The notes beneath the pieces were generated by a model that was not told the origin of the DNA, ran no database searches, and saw nothing but the letters and a program-made list of their open reading frames with translations. A stretch of DNA of 63,814 bases, the filler included, from Phoronis australis (lineage: Eukaryota > Animalia > Phoronida), in the NCBI GenBank assembly GCA_002633005.1. It is 5 parts of 5 records of this genome, joined end to end, with 100 filler letters (N's around TTAATTAATTAA, not from the genome) between each part and the next. Parts side by side here need not be neighbours in the genome. Positions count along the whole stretch, not along the records: positions 27,391 to 59,231 come from NMRA01001274.1; positions 59,332 to 61,461 come from NMRA01003839.1; positions 61,562 to 63,814 come from NMRA01003767.1; 2 more parts are not named here. One strand, written 5' to 3'. Below, piece by piece: positions 49,768 through 63,814 of this stretch. The position numbers and the translations under genes are program-made. Each line of letters begins with the position of its first letter. Within the stretch, counting starts at the first letter, position 1.

Positions 49768-52700
49768 ACTTATGATTATGAAAGTAGGCATGCTCATTAA
49801 GACATAATGTCCATTTCTCACTTTCAGTGTCTGAGCATCCTCTAAATAAAAAGGATCCTGGATAAGTCGAAAATACCACAAATACGTGGAATATTTGTAA
49901 AGTAATATGGAACTTAAGAGTTTTACCTAGAACGTGATTTTGTGAAAGTGAACTCTTCCCCCAGGACTCTTCTCTAGCTCTTTAAACAGAAAACAGCTAA
50001 TTTTCATTATCGCACTGAGCGTGATCATTCATTTGCCAAAATCAGTTCCAATATTGGGTAGTGGAGAGACAACCTGCGATTGAATTGAAGTCAAAACTTG
50101 GAAGGACCAGTTAGCACTGTTATTTTCTTTTGGGTTTTGTGATGCCAATAAATATTCAATGTTCGCAAGGAAACTTGTATACTGCATTTTTTTAAAAATA
50201 AGTTTTTGTACTTTATACTCAGTGAAGGGAATGCAGTTTTAAGTGTTATATTATTGCATGCAGAAGAAAAACAGTTGTATAATAACATGAACTAAACCAA
50301 CAACTGAAACAAAATATCACAGCATTTGACATCAGAGAACATGAGTGGGAAAGACTCGAGTTATGAAAGGTGTTCGGTTAGCCGTGTTTTTAGTGGTTAT
50401 CAGATAGCACAGCACACTCAAAATACACATTTTTCATTTTAATATTTTCCCATTTCCAATGAGTAAGTAACAGGGGTCTGGGATTCCCCTGCCTTACTTT
50501 ACAATTGTTAAGTGAAAATTGGCAACACAAATATACAATGGAATTGATTTTTACAATGACAAACAGGAAAAAACATTCCATAATGTGATGTATACATTTC
50601 TGAGAAAGTAATACAAAAACACCATTTGCATACTATGTTTTACAAAAAAGAACTATCGGAGCAAAGCAAAAAACAAATTTTATCAGGTAGTCTTAAATGG
50701 TAGCTTTAGACATGCCATCTATACCAGTTTTTGAATTTTCAAATCGGTTAGGCGACTCTCGAGTTCTTTAATTTTTAAAGCCTCAAAAATAGACTTCAGC
50801 AAACAGCATCTTAAATTTCAGGCCATAAAAAATGCAAGTTTAAACAACTATATTAGGGAATCAATAGCTTACTGTCTTCCTAAAACAAGATGGAGAGTCC
50901 TCTACAAGTAAGTTAACATCATGGCATCACACCAAACACTCTGAAAATGACAAAACACTTCAAGAATTACTATGGTTGAGAGAAAATATTTCTTTTGTTC
51001 CAAAATATTTTAAAACAATTCTAAAAATGAAATTTGCAGAACAAATTATTTCCAATTTGGCAAAAACCAGAAACCCGGTCTTTTAAGAGTATTTCTTCAT
51101 TTCTTTAAAAGAGGCTACATGAATTATTCTTTTTCCCAAAGTAAGATCAATGTTTCACAACCTTAAGTTACACACCATATGATAAAAATGATTATGTGCA
51201 TTTTTAATTAAACAAAATCAAATTAGACCCTAAAATTTCATTGAAATTTATATCAGTTTCATTCCTGTCCACGTGCGCACCCAGCCTAAAATATTGGGGG
51301 GCTCGACTTTTTCGGTATGGGGACCTTTTACTGGAAAAAATCAATGAGGACAAAAAACGGGCCATTACGTTCAGGCTTACGATTTGTGCATTCGCCCCGA
51401 ATTCCTGTGGACTTTCTCGTTTACTCGTACGTTTTGTTTTACTGAAGCAGACCTTTTTGCCCAATTCGCCAAATCCCGAGCCCCTCCCTTGGGTGCGCCC
51501 ATGCAATCAAATATATTATAGGAATTGAGATGTGTTGTGTTGGTGACCATCCAAAAAGTTAAATTGAATTTAAAAATTATTCTGTATTATTTTGATAAAA
51601 ATATTTAACCAATTTGGGCCACTTTATGTAATTTTGAGCAGTTTTGATTGGTTCTGTTTCATACATGTGACCAATCAAGTTTGAGTTCAGTTTGAACCCT
51701 GGAAAGGTCAACAGGTTTTTTAAAAATGACTGAATTTACCTTTTCGGAAGTGTTCCTCAATAAAAAAGGTGAGATAAAGTGAAAAAATTAACGGGGAATG
51801 GCTTAGGACATTATTAGTAATTGTGACGTTGAGAATACACTTTCAGGATTTTTCCAGATGATAGACCGACAAGACATTCACTTAAAAAACTTTTTCTTTT
51901 TATACGGTTGTACACTTAAGCTAGAATTTCTTAGCAAACAGTTTGATATCAGTGATGAATTAGAGGGGAGCCCTAAACTTCCCCCATACTCCATTTGGCA
52001 GTTCGGGGGTGAGAATGTCTGAACGGCAAAATCCTGGCTAGTACCCGGCCTTCCCCCAACACAAAATGCTGGATCCGCCCCTGGATATACATATCTTTAA
52101 ATTCGGTACAGTAACGGTCATTTAGCAGCTGAAAGCTTATCGCCTCCTATACCTTATAGTATAAGTCACAAGAATTTTCCGGTCAGTGAAAAATTTGTCA
52201 AGTGTTCGCAGTACTTCGATTTTTAAAAATAATCGTTGATGCCCCCATTTGCTGAAACGGATATCAATAGAAAGAAGAAAGTTTAAATAATTAGCTGGAA
52301 TGCTTTTCGTTTTCCACCATTTTGCATGTTAATAGATAAGAGCTTCTGAAAATCATGAGAAATGGCAGAATCTCGCTCTTGCAGAATTTTGGCCATCTGT
52401 TGTAGGCGTGGTGACGAATGAGAAACTACTACATTTAGGTCGAGACAAAATTCCTCCAAAATCACAAAATTCAAACTAAATTTCATCGTAAATGACTGAG
52501 AATTCAACTATATGAAAAAAATTATGCAATGGGGCTCCTCGAGGTGTCGCCACTGTACTAGTGGTGATTGAATTGCGCATGCGTCGCTGTCGGCAAGTAA
52601 ACAACTGGTAAAAGATGGAATTGTTATCAAAATACGTCGTCACGTTAAGCCTTATTATTGCTATTTTCCGTGGTACACGTTTTCGACAGGTTGCCACAAA

Positions 52701-53399
52701 TTTCCAAAAGACCTATGGTTCCTATATCCGTGGACAATTGCGGCCAAATGGGTCAACCGACTAACAAAAAAGTGTGTGGATGCTGAAGCTCCTTGTGTAC
52801 TCTATGCATTGGGAGACTTTATACGGCTAAATCACCATCAAGGTCCATATTCGAGAGTTGATTGTGTTACGGTTTCAAATATTTTTTTATTGATCACTTA
52901 TCAAATGCAAACTGAATCTCATATGCAAATAGTCATTTAGTTGTTCAAAATCGGACAATGTTTAAGAAATTTACCCAAGTTTTTGCCTATGAAGTTCAAG
53001 CATTTTTAGCGTTACGAGTGGCCATTTTAAAAATTACAATTTTCAATTGTCAACAGTAAAAACGAATTTTATTTTATGAAGTAAGCAATTGCTTAGACAT
53101 GACTGGGAATAACTTGAGTCACTTACAGAATCACTTAGATTAAGTTGTGCTTAATCATAGATAAATGGTAGCGTCCATCATAAAACATGCACACTTTACG
53201 AAGTTTGTAAATTCTTTGTTTATAACCCTCACCTACTGTAAAGAAGGTTAAAACCTGAAGTTCACACTCTGTAATAAAAAGAACTACAGAATATGTTATC
53301 CTAAGCAACACAGCAAATTAGTCAATATCTAAACAAACCAAAAGTTTTGATATTGACTGGGTTCTGCTATGTCGAAAATAGGCCAAAAAGGCTAACAAA

Positions 53400-54910
53400 A
53401 TGTAGTTTACGTATCCCCATGTGGAATTCAGTAACACAAATGGTCATTGCAAATGGAATTATTGCTTTTTAAGTAACAACATGGTGCTTATTGTCATCAA
53501 AGAAAAATAAATGGCCATACAACATTATGTTACCATGTGATGCAGAAACAGTGATGCAGTGTACGTACCCCCCTGTTTACAAATGTCATGAAATTGAAAT
53601 ATCACTTGGTAAGTGAGCAACACTGATCATTGACAGTTTTCTTCCTTAAAATGTTAGGTGAAAAGGGTGTTTATTGCAAATACATTATTTTGTTTGTGTA
53701 TTGTACGTACCCCTTAATTTTAATTTGTGCGTATTTTCAAAGTATGGCAGATATCCACATGAATGCTGTGTTTTTTTTATTTTTTCTCTTTGAATTGATT
53801 TAGCAAATCAGCTAACTCTCTGTAGGTTCCTAGTTTTTAGTTACAAACTTGACATGTCATTGAAATGTAGTACATGTACCCCTGCGCAGTGTACGTACCG
53901 GATGTGAAAAAATACTATGAATCAAAAATAATACACGGTAAGTAAGCAACACTTGTCACAGACAGTTTCGTCCTTTAAAAATGCTAGGTTAAAAGGGTAA
54001 AGTTAAGTACAAAATAATACATTTATTTCGAGTAAAATATTAGCATTTATGTAGTGTACGTACCCCTACAATATAACATGTGCCTGTTTTCAAATAATAA
54101 CAGACAGATATGCACATGTATGCAGTAATTATTGTTTGTTCTCTTTAAATAGATTTGGTAAATGAACTAATTCTCAGTAGATTCTAAGTATTTTTATCAA
54201 TCTGACAAGTCATTGAAATGTAGTGTGCGTACCCCTGTTTAGTGTACGTACCTTCAACCTCTGTTTTATAAAGTATTGCCCACAAGTAGTTTACATACTG
54301 CCAGAACTGCTGTTCTGATGAACAATACTGATATTTCCAGAATAAATCCAGTAGGACAAAAAACAATGGACGTTATCAAATTTGTGGCCAAAAAATGCCA
54401 CGCAGGACTTGGCTGGTACTTAACATCCTAGAAGACACGTCTTGTGACAACTGATGTTGCAGAGTCGGGTTCTCTATCTCTCAAGACAACTTGCAACAAA
54501 CCAACAAGTAGAGGCAGCACAAAACTCGAGGCCATCCCATACATTTGTAAATTAGTTAAAATTGACGTTGATTGACTGTGCGTAGTGTACGTACCCACCC
54601 CCACCAGTACCATTTTTTACTGTTTACAAGTGGAACACTGGTCCTAGCATTGCTTTAACTATTTTGAGCAACTGGTCATTTTCTTTTTATAAAATTACAT
54701 TGTAAGAGAAAAATTCACATTATACTGTGTTAAGATATGCAATGTATCATCATCTAGAACAACTTGATCAGCACGGTAATGAGTTTTCTTACTTTATTAT
54801 GATATACTTCTTCAATTTGATCAAGAACTTATTAAATTAACAGCTACCTTATGAATTTTTGCATGATAGAAATGAGCTGTGACCACAAGTTGTAGTGTAT
54901 GTACCCTTTA
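53400..54910 (+). repeat. Array of about ten AGTGTACGTACCC motifs within a diverged tandem repeat of about 340 bp
   Basis: Motif variants near 53402, 53558, 53702, 53868, 53888, 54051, 54219, 54241, 54582 and 54892, all in one orientation; 53560-53890 resembles 53890-54250. Confidence 0.75.
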
Positions 54911-55221
54911 TACAACTGTGATGCATTCGGTGGTTCTTGTGCAAAAATACGTTAGATTACAAACCTGGAATGATGGTACTTTATAATAACTCAGCTTTTA
55001 CAATATGACTACCTTCATTTTCTACCAACAGTGGTCACTGAATAAGGACCTTGATTGTGATTTGCCCTATAACATTACTTGACATGTTTTTAGCAATACG
55101 TTTCTATCGACATCGTTCGGTGGTGTTATCGCCACCAGTTACCCCACTGAATAACAGGTTTATTGTGTGGAGCTAAATGTTACGAACTCTCGATGAAGTC
55201 GAAAAAACGACATCAGGCGTG

Positions 55222-55362
55222 CGTTCAGTAGACGCTAGGACCTACGCTAGGACCTAGCTAAAACCTAGTCAAAGTCACGTGCTCTCATTCAAAATGCACG
55301 GTAATATCTCACGTAATCTCGCGAAGTCTTGCTTTTTAGCGAGGTCCTAGCGTTACTGAACG
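55222..55362. mobile_element. Small MITE-like inverted repeat element
   Basis: CGTTCAGTAGACGCTAGGACCT pairs with AGGTCCTAGCGTTACTGAACG (one indel). Confidence 0.7.
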
Positions 55363-58300
55363 GGAGGCAGGCCTACCCGCTTTTCTCGCAGCTGCATAGC
55401 TCGGACAAGCGGGAAAGATGCACCTCTATATAGCGGCATCCACACTGCAGATGAATCACTGACGTCGCTGCGTCGTTTCTCACCTTCCTCACTGGTTAAC
55501 GCGACACCTCTCGGCAAGGTCAGGTCGACAGCAAGCGAGGCGATGTGGGTAAAGAGCGATTAAGACGGTAAAAAAACTAATTAAATCGGGTGGCGTTCTC
55601 CTTTAAAATTTAGAAGATTTCCAAAGGCAGCAATCGCGTGGTTAATGCCAACACGAAAAAAAGAATCTGGGCCTTTGGGCAACTGAAGACTATTTTAAAG
55701 ACAACTTTAACTACGAACTGGTTGCACCAAATATAAAGCGTGTTATAAGAAATACGGAAAGAATTAGGTAAGCGCGCAAAAGTTGGGGACCATAAAAAGT
55801 GCTTCTCTCAGTACAACATTATAGATGGAAGCGTGATTGTGCAGTGGTAAAGCTCGCGCATTTTGGCAGCGATGTCGTGAGTTGAATCCAGTGGCATTTA
55901 CGAATTTTCGGTTTTCCATTTTCTCAGTGTTTTTTTCTTTGATAATACTTCCGAAATCAAAGAAAATGTTTCCAGAGGCAAAAACAAAATTTTGTCATGG
56001 GTGGGAGAGGGGAAACCCCCTCTCGACCTCCAATTATTCGGCGCTATGTGCCTCTACAATCGCTCTTTGAGCAATTGTTTACGAGACAACGTGTTGGGCC
56101 CCCCTTATGATATCCTAGATCCGCAGGTAAAAAAAAAAAAACACCAAAGCTGTCATGAGCATCTCTGAACAATATTGACGAAAATTTTACTGACTTTCAA
56201 GAATACCCAAGAGTTTGATTTAACTGAAAAACTTGGGGAATGAAGTAAAATACTTGTTTTTATTGCCTATTCTTGTATTGTAGGCGAAGAATACATCTAA
56301 AGCCTAACATCACAAAGGGGTTAATCAGACGTCATTTGCAAGGCAAACTGAATTAGTACATAAATTCGTTTGGTTTTCATTAGTACTGCATTCATCACTT
56401 TGATAATAATACCTATTCACTCTGGCCTTTTAATAAAGGTCCTTGTGTAATCACACCAAGTAATGGCGTGGTATCCGGGTATGGCACGCTGCTTAGTCCG
56501 TCGTGTGCAATGTCAAGTGTGTTGATAAACTTCCCCGGCTCTTTTGCATCTCTTTTAGGGCCGTAAGAAGCGGGGGGGGCGTGCATCCCCAAAAATTTGC
56601 AGACGTCGGAAATAAACCATAGCAACCGACGTAGACTTGGGGCCGGGGACAGGCGAGAAAAAAACACTACGAATACGGATAAGAGAGAAAATTCAAGACA
56701 ACTTTTGACAACTCGATATCAGTGCATGGTTTACCTTTTGAGGGACCTGGCCAGGACAAATTTGTTAGGGTCTCTGTTTTTGCTGCATACTTTTTGGTCG
56801 TCTAAACCCACTTGGAACCGTGCACATGTATTTGGAATAATCGAGAAAATTCGTAAAGCATAGATTTTGCGGAGCATATAAATTAATTGGATTTTTAAAT
56901 TCAATAAGACAGTTTTGCAAATGCATACTTGCAAAATTTTATTTTCCAGAAGCCCTTCTCTAGCAAAGGATAACTCTCGCTATATTTTCTGTGTTTTACT
57001 TTCTCTAAATTTTGAGAAAATTGTTGGTTTGGCAGATAACATCAATTGTTGCACATTTCCTGACTTTTGAAAATAAACATTTTTTTCAGATTTAGGGGCG
57101 CAGCTCTTGAAGAGGACCATCGATGACATTCAAGTGGACACCCTTTTCGTGTTTTAATGGCAAATTCTAAAAAGAGGCCGCTCACGAAAAGAGGGCCCAA
57201 TGTTTGAATCGATTATCTCTATTTTCCCATTTTTTGTGAAATCGCACAACCGCCTTTCATGCTGAGGTAAGTCACTTCCTGCAAGGTCATCCGACAATGG
57301 AATGAACTCTCATTATTTTCCAAGGTTAGTGATGTGTAGCCTTTCATCTTAGGTGTGCCATTTCCGACGAAACCCCCTCTCAGTGGGGCGGTTCGGTATA
57401 CCTCTATACATGTAAATCTGACACTGCCAAATTTTCACTAGGGAAAGTTGAGATTCCAAATTCATCAATAACCCAAAAGAACCGTGAGCAGCTCAGCAAT
57501 ATCAAAATATTCGACGCAACAACCAAAAATGTGAAAAATACAATAGGATTGCTACCATCGAAAAGTTGGAATTTTGAAGGAAGTTGAATGCCAATATTTG
57601 TGAGTTACACAAAAAGGCTACTTCCGAAGGTTAGTTATAAATAATGTTAATTTTTTCTAATAGTATCACAAGAAAAGTATTTCTTTTGAAGGTCGTTACT
57701 AGGAACTGTTGGTAATGAATTCACAAAGGTCGAAAAGATTTGTGATGACCTTGAAATGAGCATAAATACACCTTAACACAAATGCCCCATATCCCACATT
57801 CACGGGGTTACCCGTCAAAAATCTGCGATCAGTCCGTTTTGATAAACAAATTTGTTGGTTTCTGATTTACATGTTTGTGTATCTACGAAACCAACAAGTT
57901 AATGGATGATTTTTGGCAATTAGACGCTAATATTTTAAGAACTTGGGATGTTTCAGTGAATTTAGATTATGAAGAAACAGATCCCCAAATAGTAAAGTGC
58001 ACTTGGACGCTTCTTGCCTATCTAAAATAACTCTTAAAGACATTGATGAAATTTGGACAATTCCTAATAATGTACTCACCATTCAAATGACAATAAATGC
58101 ATTGCATTTTGACTTCGGTACAAGATTTGTTGTTTAAACTCACTAAGAGGGGATCAAATTACAAACTAATTTTGTAAGAAATAACAATGCTTCAACGAAC
58201 TTAGTTGAAAGCAGACATTGAGAAAATTCGATCCATCACCAGATCCCCAAATACATTGTATACAAGTACACTAAACAATTTTATTTGTCTATATTAAAGA

Positions 58301-61300
58301 AGTCTTAGTGATATTAAGCAATGTCGGACAGCTGTACAAAGTGTCCTAAATTTTTCTAAGATTTCAAATGACATTAAACTGTTTATTGACTTAGGAGATA
58401 GATTAGTGGGTTAACTTTCACAAACCGTAGATCGAAGAAGTTTAAGTATTTAAATAAATAAAATTAAACATATTGCCCATCAACTGGGAAAGGTTCTCTT
58501 TGCACTTCCTTCATGTTGTTAGTTTCCAATAGTATTGGCAATGAATTGTCTTCAAAACTGAATCATTTGCTTTCCATTCCTGTGCACACTACACACATGG
58601 AGCACGTCAGGACTGACGCACCCACAATATGAAGTGTACATTTTTGGGACACACTCTGTATCATTTCCTCCAGCCACAAGAAAGTGGACTACCGGCTGTG
58701 TTTCATCAAGAGATTTTGAAACAGCCACAAAGGCACTCATACCATGCACCTCAGGACCTCACCTTTCCAAAAATTCCTTCAAAGAATGGCTATGTTAAAA
58801 TGAAGTTTTCTCGAAACTCGATCATAAAAACGAGGCCTTAGAGTCAGCGCAGAGGAATAGGTACGAGCTAAGCTGCCTGTCTCAGATGAATCATAGCTAG
58901 GCTGACCAGCGACTAGCTCTAGTTCATCGAATCCACTGTTGGAACCCAGCTACTCGTCAGTGCGCTGGCCCCAGACCATTCTTACACTCTTCGAAACTTT
59001 GTTGGTTCACGGTTACTAATCCCGATGGCTTCATCTCAGGTATTACCCCCAACCCACCTATGGCGGACGTGGGGGGTCGGTACAAATATGGTTACATCCA
59101 CAGAATGGGGGAGTGGCGATAGGAAGGAGTTAGGTTGGCGAGGTCGAATTAGTTTGTGCCCCCTCCCCAATAATGTTTACCTTCCTGCAGGCCTGCGTGC
59201 AGTTCCTGATAATGTTCTTCGTGTATCGTAGNNNNNNNNNNNNNNNNNNNNNNNNNNNNNNNNNNNNNNNNNNNNTTAATTAATTAANNNNNNNNNNNNN
59301 NNNNNNNNNNNNNNNNNNNNNNNNNNNNNNNGAGAGATCAGCTTTCAAAAATTATCATTAACTGTTACTTTAAAACCAACTTTATAGGTAACAACAATCT
59401 GTTGCTTAAGTATAAACAAAAAAATCTGAGAAAAGGGTCCTTGAGCATTGACAGATATCATGACTTAACTGAACAAACACAAAATTTTTGGTACTATTTT
59501 TGAGATCTTACTGTTCAAAGAAGAATAACAGTATTTGAAAAAATGGTCACGTGTTAATAAAAGATTGTCTGACTCTCACATCCCAGGGCATGATTTTAAG
59601 TCCCGGAGTTAATAAAACATGCAATTTTTGGTTGAAAATATACCTGTATAGCTGCTTATGGTCTATGCAACAGAACATCATCATCTTTTCTATAATCACC
59701 TACCGTCAAGCTTGACTGTAGACACTTTTGTGATTTTCAGTGTCTTGGGCGACGTGTACGAAATGATTTCAAAGCAAATGATTTACATCATCAGAGTTCA
59801 TTACGGCGTTTTCCCGTCCGCCAACTTCATTCGATTATAATGGCATAAAAACAAGTTGGGAGGATGACCGCTGTAGCCAATGAACTCCACTCAGGCATTC
59901 ATGGCTGGAGGGCCAGCTCTCTGTTGTCCGAAGATTGCTTTAATCTCCGATAAGATCGTATCTAGCCTGACTGGGCTGATAAAAATAAAAGTTAAGTTAT
60001 AACATATTTGAACACAAACCAATAGCATTTCCGAATTCCTCGTTAAGTGCTGATCATATTTAGTGTTTAAATCACCAAAATCGCCCAACTACAACCGAAG
60101 TTATGAACCTGAGTACGCCGTTTGAAGGGGGAATGAGGATGGCCTATTGCAAAGATTGGTATTAAATCTCGGTCTAAATTTGGTGGTCCGGGTTAGGCCG
60201 CAGCACTATCTACTTCTGTGCTCACGTAAAGCAATAAGATCATGGTCCTGTACCTGAAGTAATGCATTTTGGGAACGAATGTAGGCCCATCGTTTTTCAT
60301 ATCAGGCTATTTTTCTTGTGCTTTCTGCCAATCGGCGATGACCGAAACGCTAAAAAGTGCTGAAGTTGACAAAATATTGGTTGACTAAATTATTCCATNC
60401 CTGGGCCCCCCCTAAATCCGCCTATGATAATACATACTTAATGTAATACATGTTGTGAATTTTTCGAATATTATTGCTCAAGCTAGTAGAATGATCCCGA
60501 CCTAAGGTCATTACTCTATCACTGAATACATTACTGGGGATACTGGAATAGATTTATCTATCAAAGACGGGGGAATTTCAGGTTTTTAAGACGCTGCTGC
60601 TTGTTTAGTAACTTCAACATTCCTCTTTAGTTAGCTGTTTATTTTGTGAACCTTGATTTAAAAATTCTTCAAGAAATCAAATTCAGGTATTACTCCAAAG
60701 AACTTATTACCCCAAATTTTCTATATTTCCTTTGTAGGTCGGTTGTAAAAGCTTTATCTTGTGTTACTGTCGTTCATTTCTTTTGTACCTACGTAAATAC
60801 ATTTCTCTACTCCTCTCCACTGATACCAGCTGACTTGACTCGTTTTGTCGTGACCCGGTGTGGAATTTGAAATTGCCGCGTTTGTGTCAAGTGTCAACTA
60901 GAGATAACGCTGAAGCATGTGTTAAATATCAACCGATGTCAGTTCTCTACCATGTGAATAATAGTTGGGTCGAAAGTTCTCGGCAAAAACCATGGCTAAA
61001 CATAGTTGAACCGGTTATCGACGAATCTCGGACTACAAACCTGGTTTCTAATACTTTGAGAACGAGTGGATGAAAAACTTTGAGCGCTGACTCTACACTG
61101 GACTCTATATGTAAAAAGCAGTACAGTACATTGCGATACAAAACAATGAAATAAATGTAGTCATAATCTAACCGACATGAACTACTTCATCAATGTCAAC
61201 AATTTTTGCTCCAACCATAGCACTTAAAAAACATACCAAATCATGGCACTGACGAAAACGAGTCAAAATATTTTCAAGTGTCAAAATGTATTGCATGTAC

Positions 61301-61830
61301 CTACTTACATATTAGGGGCTCTTACATCTAGTAAATGTGAATGTTGTTGTACTCCTTGGTAACTTATTTGGCTCTGTCGAGCAAGGCTCGTGATATGACA
61401 TTATTTCAACAAAGGACATTGACAGTAAAAGCCGTAAATACTGATTTACAGACGGAATACTNNNNNNNNNNNNNNNNNNNNNNNNNNNNNNNNNNNNNNN
61501 NNNNNTTAATTAATTAANNNNNNNNNNNNNNNNNNNNNNNNNNNNNNNNNNNNNNNNNNNNTAACGGAACCATGACTAAGTATAGGCTTTCCCGCCATAT
61601 CCGGACGACCGGCAGTGGCGCTGCGCCCAACGACTCCGTTTCCGTCGTCTGCTTCACTGTGCAATGAAGAAAATTACTTCGCAGCTTTTTAAAATAGTAA
61701 GCACACCCTTGAGAAAGAGCGCACCGCTCGATACGTGGTACCGACGCTCGTCATTTTAGTTATACTAGTTTTACTATTTTATATATTATTCGTCGGTAAC
61801 TGCACGGCATTGCAACATCTATTTGATTTC

Positions 61831-61910
61831 TATGTGTCCCGGGTTCTATGTGTCCTCGGCTTTATGTGTCCCGGGTTTTGTGTGTCCCGGGTTTTATATG
61901 TCCCAGTTTC
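61831..61910. repeat. 16-bp minisatellite, 5 units
   Basis: Consensus TATGTGTCCCGGGTTT. Confidence 0.9.
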
Positions 61911-63742
61911 TACCGCAGGCGTCCTCAGCTTCTGATCGTCCCCAATACACTATATAGTCCGGATACCTATCGTCGTCAGGCTCCAAAGGTCGTCCGCCAT
62001 CTTGTTTCGCGTGCAGCGCAACCACCGTACGCGGGACTTAGCGTTCCAATTTGTAGTGCTCGTCTGCACGTTAGGTACTAACCTCTCGGGAGAAACACGC
62101 ATGGAAGAACTGAGACTAAAATTAGTGCATTTACCGACTGTTTTTTGAGACCACTTAAAAACTTGTCGATTTTACTAATGCACTTTTTTGTTCATTTTCA
62201 GAAGATATTTTCGAAATTAAATTTTCTTCAGACGGAACAAAAAGCAACTCAGGGATTGTCAGGGATGTATCTATTTGTCCCAGGCACTAACCGACACCTG
62301 TTAGGCCAAAGGAAAAACGCAGCAGACAAATGGAACACGCTGGGTGCTTAACAGTTTCGACCCACGCCTTGGTCATCAAAACATTGTCCACTTGTTTTTT
62401 TATTGCAAAACACAGTACTGAGCTCGACATTTATGTTGACATTTTTGATTAAAGCATTTTGAATTTATTTGAAGNGCTGTTGCAATTTTCATTACTTCGG
62501 TGGCCTTTTTCTGCATGTTTTTCAGTTTTTACAAAAGGGGGCAGCATATGAAGAACTTAGGTGTCACAATAAAATGGCTGCCGAAGGCAGTGCACATTTG
62601 AAATAACTCGGCACAAATTAAAGAAAACTTCTGAATCGATGAATGCGGTATATCTGTGAGAGTTAATTCGAATCCTATTCAGATCATAACTTTGAAGTGG
62701 AATAATTCGGTGAGTACAACAGCAAGTCGGTTTTATGCTTAGGCGGACGAACATTGGGTTCCCCAGTATATAACAACGTGACTTAGATGGTTTAGTCGGT
62801 GCGAGGCATAATTCGCCGAAAAGCTTCCGGCGTACAGAGCGCCTATAGCCTCTGCATCGCCTCTGGTTCGGGCCAACAGAGGCGATGGTCATTGCCTAGG
62901 GAGTAGTAGTCCTAGCAGTTGCCAAGCCCAACCAATTTACCAATGCGAAGCCGAGAACAGCACTGCGACACAACCGGGGACGGACACCTGTTAGTGTTGC
63001 GCAGGCTCTCAATGGTCGTTCACGGACGTGAAGTTATTCTACGCAAAATTACTGGCAATCGTGCAAACAAACAAACTTACGCAGCAGTAATGTCAAAACG
63101 AATGTCCCTGTCTTCCCAAATCGCGTCCATTGGCATAGTTTCGGAAACAACTATTTCCCATAATGCGCTTCACAACATCCGGCAAAGTAAAGGTCAAGGT
63201 TGCAAACAGTTGTAGCAACAACTTTGAATTACGAGTTTTTGTGAAAGGTATTCTTCTTTTGTCGACTTCCTTAGGAATTAGTTCACACTGCCTTCACAAA
63301 AACGCACAGAAATGCTTTGCGAAGGACGAAGCCATTGAGATTCCGACCATAATGCGTAGCATACGTCTTGGACTTAAATTCGTGAACCTGTAAAACATGT
63401 AGAAGAACCGAACTTGTCTCGACTCGACTGTCTCAACTCAGCTGCAAATTCACATGGGTCGATTGACAGCTGGTTGTCGTAACTCCTCCAATAACCCATG
63501 AGTGGCCATGTGGTGCTGGGAACATAAGTTTACTCCCGCAAATATATAGTCAAAACCTTTCTTCACTCTACAAGAAGGTTTTGCATGGTTACAGAATTTA
63601 ATCCGCCTGTATTATGTACCATTCTCCTGCCCTGAAGTTTAAAAATCAAGAAATTTCCACTATTTTGTGATGTAATCTAGAATTACGCCTGATTAAACTT
63701 GTGAGGTATGCCTTTTGTGTTGGTATACAATACTGTGGTTAA

Positions 63743-63814
63743 AGGCGAAGGCAACCTTTTTCCATGTCATTTTGAGCTAAAATAAGGTTGGTTGGTTATC
63801 CTAGACATATTTTC
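63743..63814 (+). mobile_element. Terminus of a second Kolobok copy, running off the window
   Basis: TTAA at 63739-63742, then sequence identical to 9628 onward apart from one T in the last homopolymer. Flanks upstream of TTAA are unrelated. Confidence 0.9.

Larger units (their letters stand above)
38397..55602. mobile_element. Span bounded by Kolobok-like TIRs with TTAA on both sides, containing nested retroelements
   Basis: TTAA|AGGAGAATGCCACCC (38397-38411) and GGGTGGCGTTCTCCT|TTAA (55588-55602) match 14 of 15 as inverted repeats. They could be ends of two separate copies. Confidence 0.55.

Noticed and set aside
58552-58749. ORF with faint ankyrin-like pattern (GMSAF...VVHFLVAGG)
   Set aside because: No TPLH-like motif or 99-nt exon structure; could equally be a degraded LINE 3' end.
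62557-63393. Cluster of ORFs of about 75-110 aa in slightly GC-richer sequence
   Set aside because: No recognisable motif in any frame I read and several stops; needs BLASTX to decide.

Overview
AT-rich eukaryotic DNA with spliceosomal introns, probably from a marine invertebrate (inference from composition and transposon families). It is joined from five pieces by 100-nt N/TTAATTAATTAA/N spacers, so adjacency across spacers is unreliable. Transposable elements dominate. (1) A decayed hAT transposase whose C-terminal tail can be spliced in frame, through canonical GT-AG introns, to a stop-free OTU deubiquitinase-like domain; this is the most unusual item. (2) An internally deleted Kolobok element with a THAP transposase remnant facing a P2X7-C-terminus-like (KolX) remnant, plus a near-identical terminus at the window end. 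(3) The right half of a CCC-ended EnSpm/CACTA-type element with a spliced DUF4806-like gene. (4) Five Penelope-like retroelement copies or fragments, several with inverted terminal repeats carrying minimal hammerhead-ribozyme motifs. (5) A Gypsy LTR element nested in one Penelope copy and a 5'-truncated CR1/L2-type LINE, both inside a 17-kb span bounded by Kolobok-like TIRs. Host-gene traces are two 99-nt ankyrin-repeat exons on the minus strand and a duplicated 36-nt candidate microexon. All calls come from reading the sequence by eye; no database search was run.
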